Position numbers and translations under genes: made by a program | The notes under the pieces: generated by a model | Databases searched by the model: none | The model's input: only the letters and a program-made list of their open reading frames with translations | Told to the model about the DNA's origin: nothing | NCBI GenBank assembly: GCA_977017575.1 | Contig: CDRNVI010000019.1 | Coordinates: 372,001 to 436,000 of the forward strand | Source of the DNA: Paramoeba atlantica | Taxonomy: Eukaryota; Protista; Discosea | Length of the DNA: 64,000 nt | Direction of reading: 5' to 3' | Shown here: piece by piece, positions 1-10,469 of the stretch | Position numbering within the stretch: the first letter of the stretch is position 1 | How the letters are laid out: each line of letters opens with the position of its first letter

Positions 1-1311
1 TGTACCAATAACGAATGACAAAATAGCGACACCGAATACGGATTGTGCGAAATGAGGAAGATAAAGCATTCCTAATGAGGCAACCGTAACGCAGAGGTTC
101 AATAAAATCAAGTTATGACGCGACTGAGAAAGGGCTAAGGATGCGGGTGATACAATCGACGGTGCATTCGTCGGCGTAATTACGAGTTGAGGTATCGTAT
201 CTCGAAGGTTGTGTACGGCATTGATATTGCCGCTATATTCGGAATCTGGGAGAGTATGATAACCTTTGCCCTCTTCTTTCGTAGTACGATCACACAGTAA
301 CCCTAGTATGTAGGACATTACAGAATCAGCTAAACCAACGCCAGTCATAACTAGCCCTATGCGTTGCACCCCAAGAGTGGGTCCAACAACATGGCCAGGG
401 AAAAAGCTAAACCATAAGCCTACGGAGAAGCCGCTCCATGCCGCGACTGGCAGAAACTCGGCTAAATCGGGATGGTCAAAAATGAAACGAAACAATGACA
501 ATAGTGAAGCTAATACGGAATTCCTTTTCGGTGTCGATAGTTCGATTGTTGTGTCGGGATGGGCGCTGCGTGTCACGTTCGGCGTACCTCGCGGGGTGGA
601 CTCGCAAGAGTCACATACCGATGAACTTTTTTCCCCATTATTAGCATGAACGTGACTGCGTTCAGCCATTCGTGTCCCACTCGATGATAAGTCTGGTAAA
701 AGCGCATAAAGCAGAAGAACTCCAAGGCAGGATAGAACACCGTACACTAGAAAAAGGGACGAGTACAACACTTGCTCTTGTAGCAGCACTGTCGTAAGTA
801 GATTGCCCCCCACTTGAGAGAGTTGCAATAACATGTAGAACATTCCTGCGCGGTATCCTACTCCTGATTCATCTGCTGCAGAGGACATAAAGCTCCCTTG
901 TGCAGTCCACAGCACTCCGGCAGCCAGCCCGAAGAGAACGCTAGTAATTAAACACAGCACAGTGTATTGTGGTGTCTTCCAGCGCGCTACATAGTACGGT
1001 AGGAAGCAGATTCCACTCCAAATCAGAGCGTATCGTGTACCACGTTGTTGTACGATCTTGGGCGCAAGAAAAAGGGCTGAAATGCTGTAAAAAGCATACA
1101 ACAGGGTCAAAGAGAGTGCACCGGTGGCCCCAAACGCTGCCTCCATCACTCCTAGACTCGCGTTGTATGCTGTGTACATGACGCATATTCCTAGAGACAA
1201 CACTGTTGTAGGTCTCAGACGAGGCAAAAAGGAAGAAATGGTATCATACCTCTCGTTTTCTTCTCCTACCAGGAGAACTGTGCTCATACCATCATTGATG
1301 TTTGTGTCCAT
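1..1311 (-). CDS. UNC-93-like MFS membrane protein, 3'-truncated by the window edge (absent from the ORF track)
   Basis: Hand translation from ATG at 1311 stays open to position 1 (437 codons). It reads MDTNINDG...LSLGICVMYTAYN...APKIVQQRGTRYALIWSG...GVLWTAQGSFMS...QVGGNLL...FLPVAAWSGFSVG...LGVQRIGLVM, which includes UNC-93 motifs (LWTAQG, GNL) and several hydrophobic helices. Confidence 0.8.
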   Translation of the reverse strand, partial: MDTNINDGMSTVLLVGEENERYDTISSFLPRLRPTTVLSLGICVMYTAYNASLGVMEAAFGATGALSLTLLYAFYSISALFLAPKIVQQRGTRYALIWSGICFLPYYVARWKTPQYTVLCLITSVLFGLAAGVLWTAQGSFMSSAADESGVGYRAGMFYMLLQLSQVGGNLLTTVLLQEQVLYSSLFLVYGVLSCLGVLLLYALLPDLSSSGTRMAERSHVHANNGEKSSSVCDSCESTPRGTPNVTRSAHPDTTIELSTPKRNSVLASLLSLFRFIFDHPDLAEFLPVAAWSGFSVGLWFSFFPGHVVGPTLGVQRIGLVMTGVGLADSVMSYILGLLCDRTTKEEGKGYHTLPDSEYSGNINAVHNLRDTIPQLVITPTNAPSIVSPASLALSQSRHNLILLNLCVTVASLGMLYLPHFAQSVFGVAILSFVIGT

Positions 1312-1851
1312 GGAAGACCGGAATGCCGCGGCCAGTGTGTCACAGGTTGGAAAGCACGTAGCGACATGTACCTACCTCATGTTGTAATCATACTGTTGTT
1401 CTATTATCATTCACCAAGTTTATTGCATAGTGGTGTCGTAGTCATAATTTATTACTTTGTAGTTGTTTTAAAGTAGAACAACATTTTTCTTTGATACAAT
1501 ATAATGAAAACAAGCAAGAAAAGAAAAATAGAACACAAACGTTCGTTTTTTAAACATTCCAGTACAGTTTGCCTTGTTTATTTTGCGTCCCTCTTGCCAG
1601 CTCAAAATACGAAGTACATACGTAGTATTCCGAAAATATGTAGTACATACGTATTTCAGTAAGCTCTCTTGGCTTCTTTCGTCCCTTCAATCCAGATGGA
1701 TGAGCTAAGGGTCAGGATTGATGCCCTACATCAAACCACATGTCAGATGAATTCGGCATTCAATCCGGTTTATTAGGGTAAAAGGCTTGCTGTATTCATG
1801 CGCTTCCCCTAACATTTGTTTTTAATAGAAAAGAACCGAGATTCTACACAT

Positions 1852-2706
1852 TTATTCGCTATCATAAGCGGCGCATAGTGCGTTGCTTGCAACAAGTTGA
1901 TTCGATGACGAGAGCTGCTTCCGTTTCGCATCAAATGTCCGGTCGCGGGTGAAGATTGAAGAACCAAAAAAGGTTAGCCTTTCCGTACGGTTTTCGCTTC
2001 TAATTTCGCCTTGCGCTTTTAGATTCCGAAAGAACTTTAGTGCTTCCTCGTCATCTGATGATATGTCGCGGACATCAGCGTCGCAAGGTAATTCTACATC
2101 TTGCAAGGAGGGCGATTTAATCCCCGATTTTTTGATGTTCTCGTTTCTTAATCCTGAAAGTAATTTCTTAGCTCGCTCTTCTCTTTCATTCATGTTCCAT
2201 CGAAGTTCATACAAGCTATCGGTTTCTTCTTGAATTTTCCTTGCCTTTTCTATCCTCTGCTCAGCGGACTCCTGAGTTGAAGATTGAATAATTGTTTCCC
2301 TTTGCGCATCGCCAAGCTGCCTAACGGCTTCCATGCGGTCCTTCCAAGGTGCACTAATATTCGTAGCCCCAGATTCAACTATATAACCACGAGATTGTGG
2401 GTCAGTTCCCAGTTTAATTATCTCACGGCAGTTGGGACACTTAAAGCTCAGCCGATATAATGCTACTCCTAAGTATTTCTCCCCAGTAGCCTCGACATGT
2501 GCGTTCACTTTGGTCATTCGTGCGATAAAATGTGAACATGACACGCATTGTAAAGCCAATTCCACCATGTGAGTCACCTTTCTTCGCGCGGTTTTCGTTG
2601 TTTCTTGCGTTTCCGTGGCATCTTGCGTTCCTTGTAGGGTTTGAAATACGTCAAAATCCGGAGCATGGTAGTATCCCCCCGAAAAAGTGGAGTTAATCTT
2701 TCCCAT
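1852..2706 (-). CDS. YJU2: YJU2/CWC16 (CCDC94, DUF572) splicing factor
   Basis: Motifs YY.PDFD, LQCVSCSHFI, EKYLGVALYRLSFKCPNC and TDPQSRGYIVESGAT. Likely start is MGKIN at 2706; the ORF track extends to a TTG at 2775. Confidence 0.85.
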   Translation of the reverse strand: MGKINSTFSGGYYHAPDFDVFQTLQGTQDATETQETTKTARRKVTHMVELALQCVSCSHFIARMTKVNAHVEATGEKYLGVALYRLSFKCPNCREIIKLGTDPQSRGYIVESGATNISAPWKDRMEAVRQLGDAQRETIIQSSTQESAEQRIEKARKIQEETDSLYELRWNMNEREERAKKLLSGLRNENIKKSGIKSPSLQDVELPCDADVRDISSDDEEALKFFRNLKAQGEIRSENRTERLTFFGSSIFTRDRTFDAKRKQLSSSNQLVASNALCAAYDSE

Positions 2707-3048
2707 CTGAGCAGAACAGTTTGCCAAGAAAAAAATATTGGAATTTATGAATTCATTACACAAGATTGGTTGCACAAGAACGGGTACAGCATCTTAAAAG
2801 TTCTATTACTCTGCAGTATTATTATACAAGAAACATTTCACAAGAGAATTGCTAAAAGGGCAAGATCAGTGTAGCTATATGATAGCGTCATAGAGTGTAA
2901 AAAAAAAATATCAAACGTAAATTAACGGCACACTTCAATGGCTATTTCATGTTGTTTGTGTGCAGAAAGTGCAAGACATGTACATATTAGGCAAGCAGAA
3001 AACATAAAACATATTCTAGTTTTCCATAAATTCTGAAAACACTATTGA

Positions 3049-3678
3049 CTAGAGCTCGGATGGGACAGGTAATGCACGAAATCTCGAGAAAAGCAATCTC
3101 GACGTAGAAGTATTCGGGCACGATCTGTCGACAGATGCTCGCATTGCCGGACAGTATGTAATCGATCTCAAATCCCCTAGCATTTGGCTGATTGTAGATT
3201 CAGTCTTCGGCAAACTTGGCCGTTTTGTTCGTGCACAATATTTCCACAGATAATTGGCAGGATAAACGTAATCCATGAACTTGTCAAGGGTCGAAGCGTA
3301 TTTGTCGATGGAATCATTCTCAAAAAGCACGTCCGAGGGTTGCAACTTGACCGTTGTCCAATTTTCATCGTGAGAACGAGAAAACTTAGATAGCAGGGCT
3401 TCTTTCATGATGTGTTTGGCAGCAAGAGGAATATTTAACCGAGGATCTGTGTGTATCTTCTCAAAATTACATGCCTCGATAAGACCAGAGAGTGCTTTCC
3501 CATAACCTTCTGAGATGGAGTCAGGAATCCAAGTGTCGTCTCCGAGAAATAGAAACTTTCCAGACTCAAAAGCTTTTTTATACGTGCCGCTGAGGCCTCG
3601 TTCATAGGATGGGAGTGGGGCAGCCAAAAGGCACTTGTAGCTTAGGGTGAGATGCAGATGATCCTCACTCGTCATCAC
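3049..3678 (-). CDS. Hypothetical protein (209 aa)
   Basis: ATG-started ORF co-oriented with the gene cluster; no motif recognised. Confidence 0.55.
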   Translation of the reverse strand: MMTSEDHLHLTLSYKCLLAAPLPSYERGLSGTYKKAFESGKFLFLGDDTWIPDSISEGYGKALSGLIEACNFEKIHTDPRLNIPLAAKHIMKEALLSKFSRSHDENWTTVKLQPSDVLFENDSIDKYASTLDKFMDYVYPANYLWKYCARTKRPSLPKTESTISQMLGDLRSITYCPAMRASVDRSCPNTSTSRLLFSRFRALPVPSEL

Positions 3679-4195
3679 ATGCTGTTCGTCGGGGTGACCC
3701 TTGAATTCTCCAAGCCCGATAGTAATGTGTACACAATGTCAAACGTAGGACATACATTTTTCCCCCATAGGAACTCTCTCCATGCTCAAAATTGGGGATG
3801 ATCTCGCCACAGACACAGGATATTTTTCCATCGTATCAAGATTATAAATTTAGATGTCGCCCAAAACGAACATACTGCTTAGTCTGGACCACTTTGCACT
3901 AGGACTCTCGCATAAAGTATGTTCGAAGTAGGAAGCCAGCGCGCTCGTCACACAAGCGGTGGGGTACTTTGCGTAAGGAGTGTAAGAAAGCCGAAGGGTG
4001 CTAGGGCTTGTAGGTGAATTGGTCCTCATATCTTCGTTCTTCCGAGAGTCGCTCAAACAGATACCGTTTTCGTCAGATTTCCGAAAAGTATAATCTTCTA
4101 CAACTTGAGGAGGTTCTATTTCTACATTGGCATGTGTTGATAAAATTCCGAGCATGTGATTTATCACACAGATGTCGACAGATTTATTTATATTA

Positions 4196-4292
4196 CTGTT
4201 CCCCCACCACTTATTTGTCACCCCTTTTTCGAAAAAAGGACAAATAAGTAGGGGGGGGGTGGAGCTATGACAATTAAGTGGGGGGATTACAG
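4196..4292. mobile_element. About 97-bp MITE of the CTGTACCCCCC/GATAACTAGGGGGG terminal-repeat family
   Basis: TA-CTGTTCCCCCACCACTTATTTGTCA...TGACAATTAAGTGGGGGGATTACAG inverted ends; similar to 42605-42700 and 56725-56846. Confidence 0.55.
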
Positions 4293-4952
4293 TTCGTGCA
4301 TACTTCAAAAATATCTGCTTACGAATGTTCTTAGGTCAGCGTTAGTACCATCAGTAAGATAGCAGTGCCAGGGAAGACCACGAGGAGGTCCCGACCTTAC
4401 TTCCCCATTTTGGGTTGCGCCCAGAAGCAAGCCCACTTTAATTTTGCAATAGTCAAAACTTTGCGATAGAGAAAAAAGGTTATGGTATTAGTATCATACA
4501 TGAAGCGAGTACAGTACTCGTGTACCCACCCGAGTTGTATAGCGAGTAATTACTCGGAGTACCGTACTCGCCGTACTCGCTTCCAGCAGGTATGTACTCG
4601 CTATACAAGTGAGTTTGGAACAAGTGACGTTATGTTACGAATTTTCTGGTCGAGCAATTGCTGGTCGAGGAGGATGTGAGATGTGATAAGGGATGGAATG
4701 CGGGGTGTAAATGCGTTTGCAGTACAATCTTGTCGCAATCTTGTTACTAATTACAGTAAAGTATTGTTGACTAATTTGACTCAGACGAGATGTAGTGCCT
4801 CCTTATTCATTTCCGAAGTAGTGTAACAAGAAACTAAATAGAAATTAAAGCATACGGTAAAAAACAGTGTAACTAGAAACTAAATAGAAATTAAAGCATA
4901 CGGTAAAAAAATACGTAGTGCCTTCTTATTCATTTCCGAAACGGTGTAACTA

Positions 4953-5088
4953 AACCGGGGGACGGAATAATATTAAGTTGTTGAAACTTAATAATAACTT
5001 GACAACTTAATAACCTGTCAAACTTAATAATAACTTGTCAACGTTTTGAAACTTAATATTAACTCGTCGGCGGGTTATTATTAGGTTT
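4953..5088. mobile_element. Solo end of the pogo-like element family
   Basis: TA+AACCGGGGGACGGAATAATATTAAGTTGTTGAAACTTAATAATAAC... matches the reverse complement of the right end of the element at 37410-39693. Confidence 0.85.
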
Positions 5089-5327
5089 TTGATGACTTTT
5101 AAGGTGACGTTTATCATTGGAGAGTGTGTAGGCCGTAGCTGGAGGTTGCTAGCAGTCGCTTGCAGTAACTGGTAATCATTGAGAGCCTCTGGTTGCCACT
5201 GGAGGTCAGAATGACTAGAAAACGACTAGAAGTCGCACTGGAAAGTCGCTTCTTTCACTCTACCGTCCCTAGCATCGCATTAGCAAAATTACTTATGCAT
5301 GAACGGTTAAGCATTTTGCTTCATAGC

Positions 5328-5400
5328 ACTACATATGAATGGCCTACATATGAATGGACTACTTATGAATGGCCCCCGCAGTCCCCTGACTTAAATCCAA
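5328..5400 (+). pseudogene. Tc1/mariner transposase fragment with a triplicated codon block
   Basis: Encodes YEWPT-YEWTT-YEWPPQSPDLNPS, which contains the WPxxSPDLNP motif. Confidence 0.6.
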
Positions 5401-5977
5401 GTCGGGATAATATCCACTGACTACACCTCCCTTAAGTAACGCTTGAAGACAACGGGAAATATGGCATCTGTATGTGTATGTAGATGACGTAGCTGAGTGT
5501 GAGTCGTCCGTAATGCCAATGCCATTGAGGAAAACTTTGGTTGAATATATAGTTCGTACAGAATCAGGATCAGACAGATTGCATCTATCATTCTCAGATC
5601 CCGGCTCAGTCAACAAAGCAATCGAGCACACGTCAAAATTAGTAGCTAAACACGTCGAAAAGGTTCTGTTCCCAGGATTCATAAAATTTTTATGATAATA
5701 TTACAAATAATTTACTACATCGGTCAAAAGCCTTAGAACACACCTGCGCTATTCGCCTTTGGTTAGTAAGTGTATACACCTAAAGATCCCTTGTACACTA
5801 AATACCAGACTTCTCATGTACTTTCTTACAACACCAAGGAATACAAGTCATGAAAGAACACCAATGAGAATTACAATTTTATTTCCCAATAAATTTTCTA
5901 TCGTTTTGTAATGGAGCTTTCCTTCCAAGCCCAGCACCGTAGCGGCATCTTTTGGAATTCGCTCACCAGCACCTCCG

Positions 5978-6877
5978 CTATTCCAAAAGCAGCAGCTTCT
6001 CCACCAAAGTAAGCAGCACTTTCAACGCCTTCAACACATACTGCGTCCCCGCAGAATCCTGTGTGGACTGGAGCAACAATTCCTTCACTTTTGCCGTAGG
6101 AAACCGACTCAGCAACGACATCGCTTGTCGCACCCCCAGCAACGTCTCCGAGGACACCTGCGTACCCCCCGCATCCTCTCCACTCCCCCGTCGTAACTCC
6201 CCCATCAGCTGCTCCACCTCCGCTACCGCCGCACTTACCGCATCCCCTCCCCTCCCCTTCTCCCCCACCCCCACCGTCCGCGCCATCTCCGGAAACAACC
6301 CCCCCACCACCTCCTGCAGCACCACCCCCTGGGTGCGGTTACACGGACGTATCGTGTACCCGACGTGGCGGTACACCCGCGCCACCCTCCTCCCCTCCCC
6401 CTCCCCCCCGAGCACCGCACTCACCGCGGCCAGCACCCGCAGCCGCACCCCCCCGCCCCCCAGCCCCCCGTCCACGACCACCCGGGCGTACAGCGGGGTG
6501 TTACGCAGCCCGAGGGTGTGGTCGATCACGGGGTCCGCGGCGGGGCTCAGCCCGGTGGCGTACCACCCGACGAGCGGCGGGAGGGCGACCGTGCGCCCGA
6601 GACGCTGCAGCGCCTCCCAGGGCTGGACCTGGAGCGTGAGGGTGGCGCCGGTGTGCTCGGTGTGGGGGAGGGGGAGGGAGCGGCGGAGCTCGAGGGTGTC
6701 GTGGCGCAGGACCCCGTAGAGGGCGCCGACGGCCCGGGGCTGGTGGGGGCCGCGACGGGCGTGGTGGTCCAGGATGGAGAGGACGACGGAGGGGTCGAGC
6801 TCGACGGCGCGGAGGGGGGAGAAGAGGGAGGGGGGGGAGGGGGAGGGGGGGGGAGGGGGGGTCTCGGAGGAGGTCAT
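5978..6877 (-). CDS. eIF3f: Translation initiation factor 3 subunit F (inactive MPN domain)
   Basis: VELDPSVVLSILDHHARR...RAVGALYG and LVGWYATG, with no JAMM HxH metal motif. Confidence 0.75.
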   Translation of the reverse strand: MTSSETPPPPPSPSPPSLFSPLRAVELDPSVVLSILDHHARRGPHQPRAVGALYGVLRHDTLELRRSLPLPHTEHTGATLTLQVQPWEALQRLGRTVALPPLVGWYATGLSPAADPVIDHTLGLRNTPLYARVVVDGGLGGGGVRLRVLAAVSAVLGGEGEGRRVARVYRHVGYTIRPCNRTQGVVLQEVVGGLFPEMARTVGVGEKGRGGDAVSAAVAEVEQLMGELRRGSGEDAGGTQVSSETLLGVRQAMSLLSRFPTAKVKELLLQSTQDSAGTQYVLKALKVLLTLVEKLLLLE

Positions 6878-7357
6878 GGGAGAGTAGAGGGGGGGGAGGG
6901 GTGAAGGGAATAGGGAAATGTGAAAGGGGGATTGATGAAGAGAATGAGCTATGTGGGATGTGAGGGGTGGTCTTGTAGGGGGGTAGTTGAATTATTGAAT
7001 AAAACAATTGAATAAAAAGGTGAAAAAAAGAAAGTGTAGAGGATAGGCATATTTCGGTATCAGGTGAATAAGAGGGAAAAATGGTTCCTTGTGCGTCCTT
7101 GCTCTCTTGTGCTGAATGAAAATTGCTGATGAAGCATTTGAAAAGTAACTATTACTAATCTGTAGACTAATATGCAAGAATGATATGCTTTGCACACCAC
7201 TGTAACGCAAAATACATCAGCTCATTATAAAAGCAAAAGATTAGGACAACTACGGCGAAACTTATGTTCTAAGAAAATGCACTCACTAAAGTAGTATCTC
7301 ATAGTACGTACTAAAATACTAGTTAGACTAATTTAGTTGATGTGGTTAGTAACTGAC

Positions 7358-7735
7358 CTAGTCAAGTTCGGAAGAAAACGCTTTCTTCCTTGCAGAAGTG
7401 TGCACTCCGGATGTAGTGCTGGTAAAATTTGAAATTATTTTCAGTAAGGCGGTGTAAATAACTACCACCAGTGCGCATGTTGCTATTGGGATGATGAGTG
7501 CCTGGAGATTTCCTAGCAAAGTTCCAGCCGGGCCGGACCAGAAGGCAATGAGACTATACGCAAAGAAGCAACCTGCGAGAAACCCGTGAAAGTTATGGTA
7601 CAAATAGCAAGAAAGGGATGGATGACCTGCCAGCAGGACATATTGAAGAAGCATATTAACAATATTAAAGTTGCCTAAACTATCACTTTTCATAGCGTAG
7701 TGCTCCCAAACAACGCTTTTTTTAAAACTTGTCAC
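7358..7735 (-). CDS. Small multi-pass membrane protein, hypothetical
   Basis: 125-aa ORF with about three hydrophobic segments, co-oriented with its neighbours. First ATG is at 7693. Confidence 0.45.
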   Translation of the reverse strand: MTSFKKSVVWEHYAMKSDSLGNFNIVNMLLQYVLLAGHPSLSCYLYHNFHGFLAGCFFAYSLIAFWSGPAGTLLGNLQALIIPIATCALVVVIYTALLKIISNFTSTTSGVHTSARKKAFSSELD

Positions 7736-7807
7736 TTACTTATAGACAAAATTAAGTTCATGTTATCTATTTTCTAATCTTTTCGAATCGAGATCCATGG
7801 CACAAGA

Positions 7808-8659
7808 CTAGGCAAAAGGAATCCACGTCTTTGCCCTATTCTTCACGGGCTGCAAATGTGTGGATAAGTTTGTGTGAGCCAGAGAGCTCCATAAAACGTC
7901 CTCTTCACACCCGTGAGTCATCTCGTCCCGGACGTAGCTAAACCACTTGCGGGCGGCGGGATGGTCCCCCAGCAGAAGGTGTGCAATGGCCAGGCGTGTC
8001 ACATTTTCCATATTTTCCGGATCGAGTTCCTTTGCCAATGTGTGGTATCGCACGGCATTTTTTAGCATCTCGTTCTGAGGAGGAAGTCGATACACTACAC
8101 GTTGTAGGAGCCCGTAAGGTGTGTACCACGGACGGGCTGTGCGTGAGTCCATGGCACCAAGTGCCATCGCAACATCAGAGGTGGGATGTTGAGCCAAGAC
8201 CCGGTCCCCCACATCATGAATACGTCTCCAGTTATGTATCAAACTTATTTCTTTGAGCTCAGGGAAGTAGAACTGCTGATCCGCAGCTTTCACGGCACAC
8301 AATGTGAAGTATCTAGCACACTGCCACGCCAGGGGGTCTTTCTGAAGGCAACGATGGGTGACTTCAAGGGCGTTGTGAAGAACGTCCAGGCGGTCAATCC
8401 AGTGCACACGCATGTGAGGACTCATCACTCGTTCGTACTCACATGCGGTTTGGCCGAGTAAAGCCATGAGTTCCGTGTCCTCCGGGTTCTCCGAGAGCTG
8501 TTTTTTCGCATAACGATACGCCTCTGAGTGCAGTCCCACATGAAGCAGTTTGTCTCTAGTCTGGAAGATGGTGTCTTTGCGATCATCGGTCGATTCCAGA
8601 TGTTTTTCAATTCCGGGTTTCGATTTTTCGGTCTCATTTTTCGAGAAATGGTTCCCCAT
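7808..8659 (-). CDS. RMDN/FAM82 (regulator of microtubule dynamics)-like TPR protein
   Basis: The pattern RPWY...LPP...AVRYHTLAKELDPEN...LLLGDHPAARKWF parallels RMDN1 (MPWY...TPP...ALGYFHRAEQVDPN...AAFWL). The N-terminus is MGNHFS. Confidence 0.6.
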   Translation of the reverse strand: MGNHFSKNETEKSKPGIEKHLESTDDRKDTIFQTRDKLLHVGLHSEAYRYAKKQLSENPEDTELMALLGQTACEYERVMSPHMRVHWIDRLDVLHNALEVTHRCLQKDPLAWQCARYFTLCAVKAADQQFYFPELKEISLIHNWRRIHDVGDRVLAQHPTSDVAMALGAMDSRTARPWYTPYGLLQRVVYRLPPQNEMLKNAVRYHTLAKELDPENMENVTRLAIAHLLLGDHPAARKWFSYVRDEMTHGCEEDVLWSSLAHTNLSTHLQPVKNRAKTWIPFA

Positions 8660-8938
8660 AGCACCAACAGGCCTTGTATTGTATAGTATAGAAAATAGCG
8701 TGTTATATAGTATGCGCCGTAGTTACTAACAGTTTTCTTTCCTAAGCGACGGACGCCCTAAAGGATACCATCGATGAGTAAGCTATGACTAATGTACTTC
8801 TTGCTCACCTTGGTCTGCAAATTCACTGTAATAAATATCACTGTAATAAAATACAATACAATAAATATGTGGAAGAAGAAAATGTTACTTAGGAATTTGT
8901 GTGTGAATAGGTTCATAGTGTCAGTACCTTTGTCTGTA

Positions 8939-9643
8939 CTAAGCGGCGTTGGCATGATATTGCATCAATTGTGCTACTCGGTTTTTGTGATCTGCAAGTC
9001 CCGGTGAAGATTCGTACACGGCTGTAGCTGCGACGGGATTCGCCTTCAGTCCTGTGGATTCTCCGAGGAATCCTACATGCCACAATAAGTTAACATCATC
9101 TTCGTTTACACTAGGAAAAAATAACGTAATACTGCGAACAGCATTAAATTTCCCAGCTTTCAGTGTATAGGTGACAGCGGGATCATCCCCACTTGACGAA
9201 GCCAATGTAATTTCCTGCACAGGTGCTATCTCAGCACAAGACGTTATGCAAAGATCGCTTCTATTTGTGTAAATGCGAACGTTTTGTGGACCACGACTAG
9301 GGCTCGCTCCCGCAACCTGCAGACAAATGGCTCGAACGCGGACTACGGAGGTAAAAGGAACGTGCAAAAGAACGTCGCCATCTGTGTCGGATTGAAGTGG
9401 TACTTCCCCGTGTCGTATGGTTTTGCACGCATCGCTGTGCGGCTTCAGGGCTGTTGTGCGCCGAATATCAGGAGTGGCATTCTGAGTTTCCACACCAGAA
9501 ACGTTAATGAAGGGAAACAAGCATGTTCCGGTCATGCTCAGTGTGTCTGCGTGGTCTGCTTTACCTTCATCCTCATGACTGTGTGAACATCCACAACAGC
9601 TATGGTTAGGATGTGTCATATACAAAGTTTGATGTACGTACAA
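8939..9643 (-). CDS. PITH domain protein (PITHD1-like)
   Basis: CCGCSHSH N-terminus; LQSDTDGDVLLHVPFTSVVRVRAICL, PQNVRIYTN, KFNAVRSITLFFP and YESSPGLADHK. Confidence 0.85.
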   Translation of the reverse strand: MYVHQTLYMTHPNHSCCGCSHSHEDEGKADHADTLSMTGTCLFPFINVSGVETQNATPDIRRTTALKPHSDACKTIRHGEVPLQSDTDGDVLLHVPFTSVVRVRAICLQVAGASPSRGPQNVRIYTNRSDLCITSCAEIAPVQEITLASSSGDDPAVTYTLKAGKFNAVRSITLFFPSVNEDDVNLLWHVGFLGESTGLKANPVAATAVYESSPGLADHKNRVAQLMQYHANAA

Positions 9644-9859
9644 TGAAACTGAGATCTAAACAAGGTATTGAATTGTCATTCTGTACTTGGACTTTTAAAT
9701 TTTGCATTTAAAACAACGAAATAAACACCGTACGGTCATGTTATTTTTTTAGGTTTGCTTTAGATTTATCGTACTGGTTGAGTATTTAGGGTAATAAAAA
9801 ATACCTCACAAGTAGCTTCAACTCTTCACTTAATTCTCTTGCAACTGATTTTTCCATCT

Positions 9860-10231
9860 TTAATCTTCTTCTGTATCCTGGATGTTGTAATAGCGTAGCT
9901 CATATCGGTCCTTGCTGATAGAAACGACTCGTAGCCAGTCACGAAGCAGCTTTTTCTTCAGGAAGCGCTTTGTCAGGTACTTGAAGTATCGCTTTGAAAA
10001 GCCTATGTAGGATGTTACGACTAGTTTTTTGTCCTGAACCGCAATTTTGACTTTCTCACCGAGTTCCCGCGTTTTTCCGTTCACTTTGATATGTTCTTGG
10101 AAGTACTTCTCCATTCCTGCGAAATGCTCCTGTTCAAAAATCCCATCCGTTGCTGGCTTCGTGCAGTCGATGTAATAGGACTTTTTGCTGTTCAATACGG
10201 GATTCTCCTTCTTGTTTAGCTTTCGTACCAT
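9860..10231 (-). CDS. RPL22: 60S ribosomal protein L22 (eL22)
   Basis: YYIDCTKPATDGIF...IKVNGKT...FSKRYFKYLTKRFLKKKLLRDWLRVVS..YELRYYNI. Confidence 0.95.
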   Translation of the reverse strand: MVRKLNKKENPVLNSKKSYYIDCTKPATDGIFEQEHFAGMEKYFQEHIKVNGKTRELGEKVKIAVQDKKLVVTSYIGFSKRYFKYLTKRFLKKKLLRDWLRVVSISKDRYELRYYNIQDTEED

Positions 10232-10469
10232 ATTAGAACAAATAAAAGAGCTTAAAAAAATATTGAAGCGGCAATATTTTTGAATTTGAATCTGAAAAAT
10301 AGTACAAAGTTACATTTTGAAGCTACCTTCGAACAAACAAGATGTTTTTTGATAAGCATCTACATGTACGTCTAGTTAAAGTAGGAACAGAAAAATACAC
10401 CCTTTGACTATTTCATCGGGAAATGTACATGTACTTCGTTATACAGGTTGGACCTTTACAACCAACTCT

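Noticed and set aside
3850-4308. 152-aa minus-strand ORF
   Set aside because: Its N-terminal part runs through a MITE (4196-4292) and the rest has no recognisable motif; at best a fragment.
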